6,397 bases of DNA. It comes from Octopus sinensis. Taxonomy: Eukaryota. The DNA is taken from NCBI RefSeq assembly GCF_006345805.1, contig NW_021829049.1:1-6397 (forward strand). Direction: 5' to 3'. Positions 6,329 to 6,397 of the stretch are shown here, piece by piece. The notes under the pieces are model-generated. The model was not told where the DNA came from. It saw nothing but the letters and a program-made list of their open reading frames with translations, and did no database searches. The position numbers and the translations under genes were made by a program. Numbering within the stretch: the stretch's first letter is position 1; every line of letters starts with the position of its first letter.

Positions 6329-6397
6329 CTCTCCGTTATGTGTTTGTACCTCCCACTGCATATCTCTGTAAACTCAAATACACCGTCATGGTTTACA

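Noticed and set aside
6111-6371. R/E/K-rich and L/S-rich ORFs at the window end
   Set aside because: They are translations of the (CT)n/(CA)n tracts.

Overview
AT-rich, repeat-dense eukaryotic non-coding DNA (intronic or intergenic). The long (TA)n/(GATA)n/(CA)n microsatellites and tRNA-headed SINEs resemble octopus/coleoid cephalopod DNA; this is an inference from pattern recall, not a database hit. No intact protein-coding gene is supported, and nearly all ORFs in the track are microsatellite translations. Interpretable content: (i) several copies of one tRNA-derived SINE family ('SINE-A') at 856-975(-), 2922-3108, 3298-4120 and 4556-4705; (ii) a head-to-tail dimer of a second SINE ('SINE-B', 3322-3733) nested between the A and B boxes of a SINE-A; (iii) a decayed third SINE head at 5033-5128(-); (iv) a frameshifted C-terminal remnant of a restriction-like-endonuclease (CRE-clade-like) non-LTR retrotransposon at 2406-2590(+), absent from the ORF track; (v) a near-perfect 37-bp-arm inverted repeat at 2245-2344; (vi) two degenerate minimal hammerhead-ribozyme cores of the Penelope-like-element type at 3162-3188(-) and 4755-4782(-), each about 50 nt beyond the point where a SINE-A copy is cut off. 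The labels SINE-A/B/C are my own working names.
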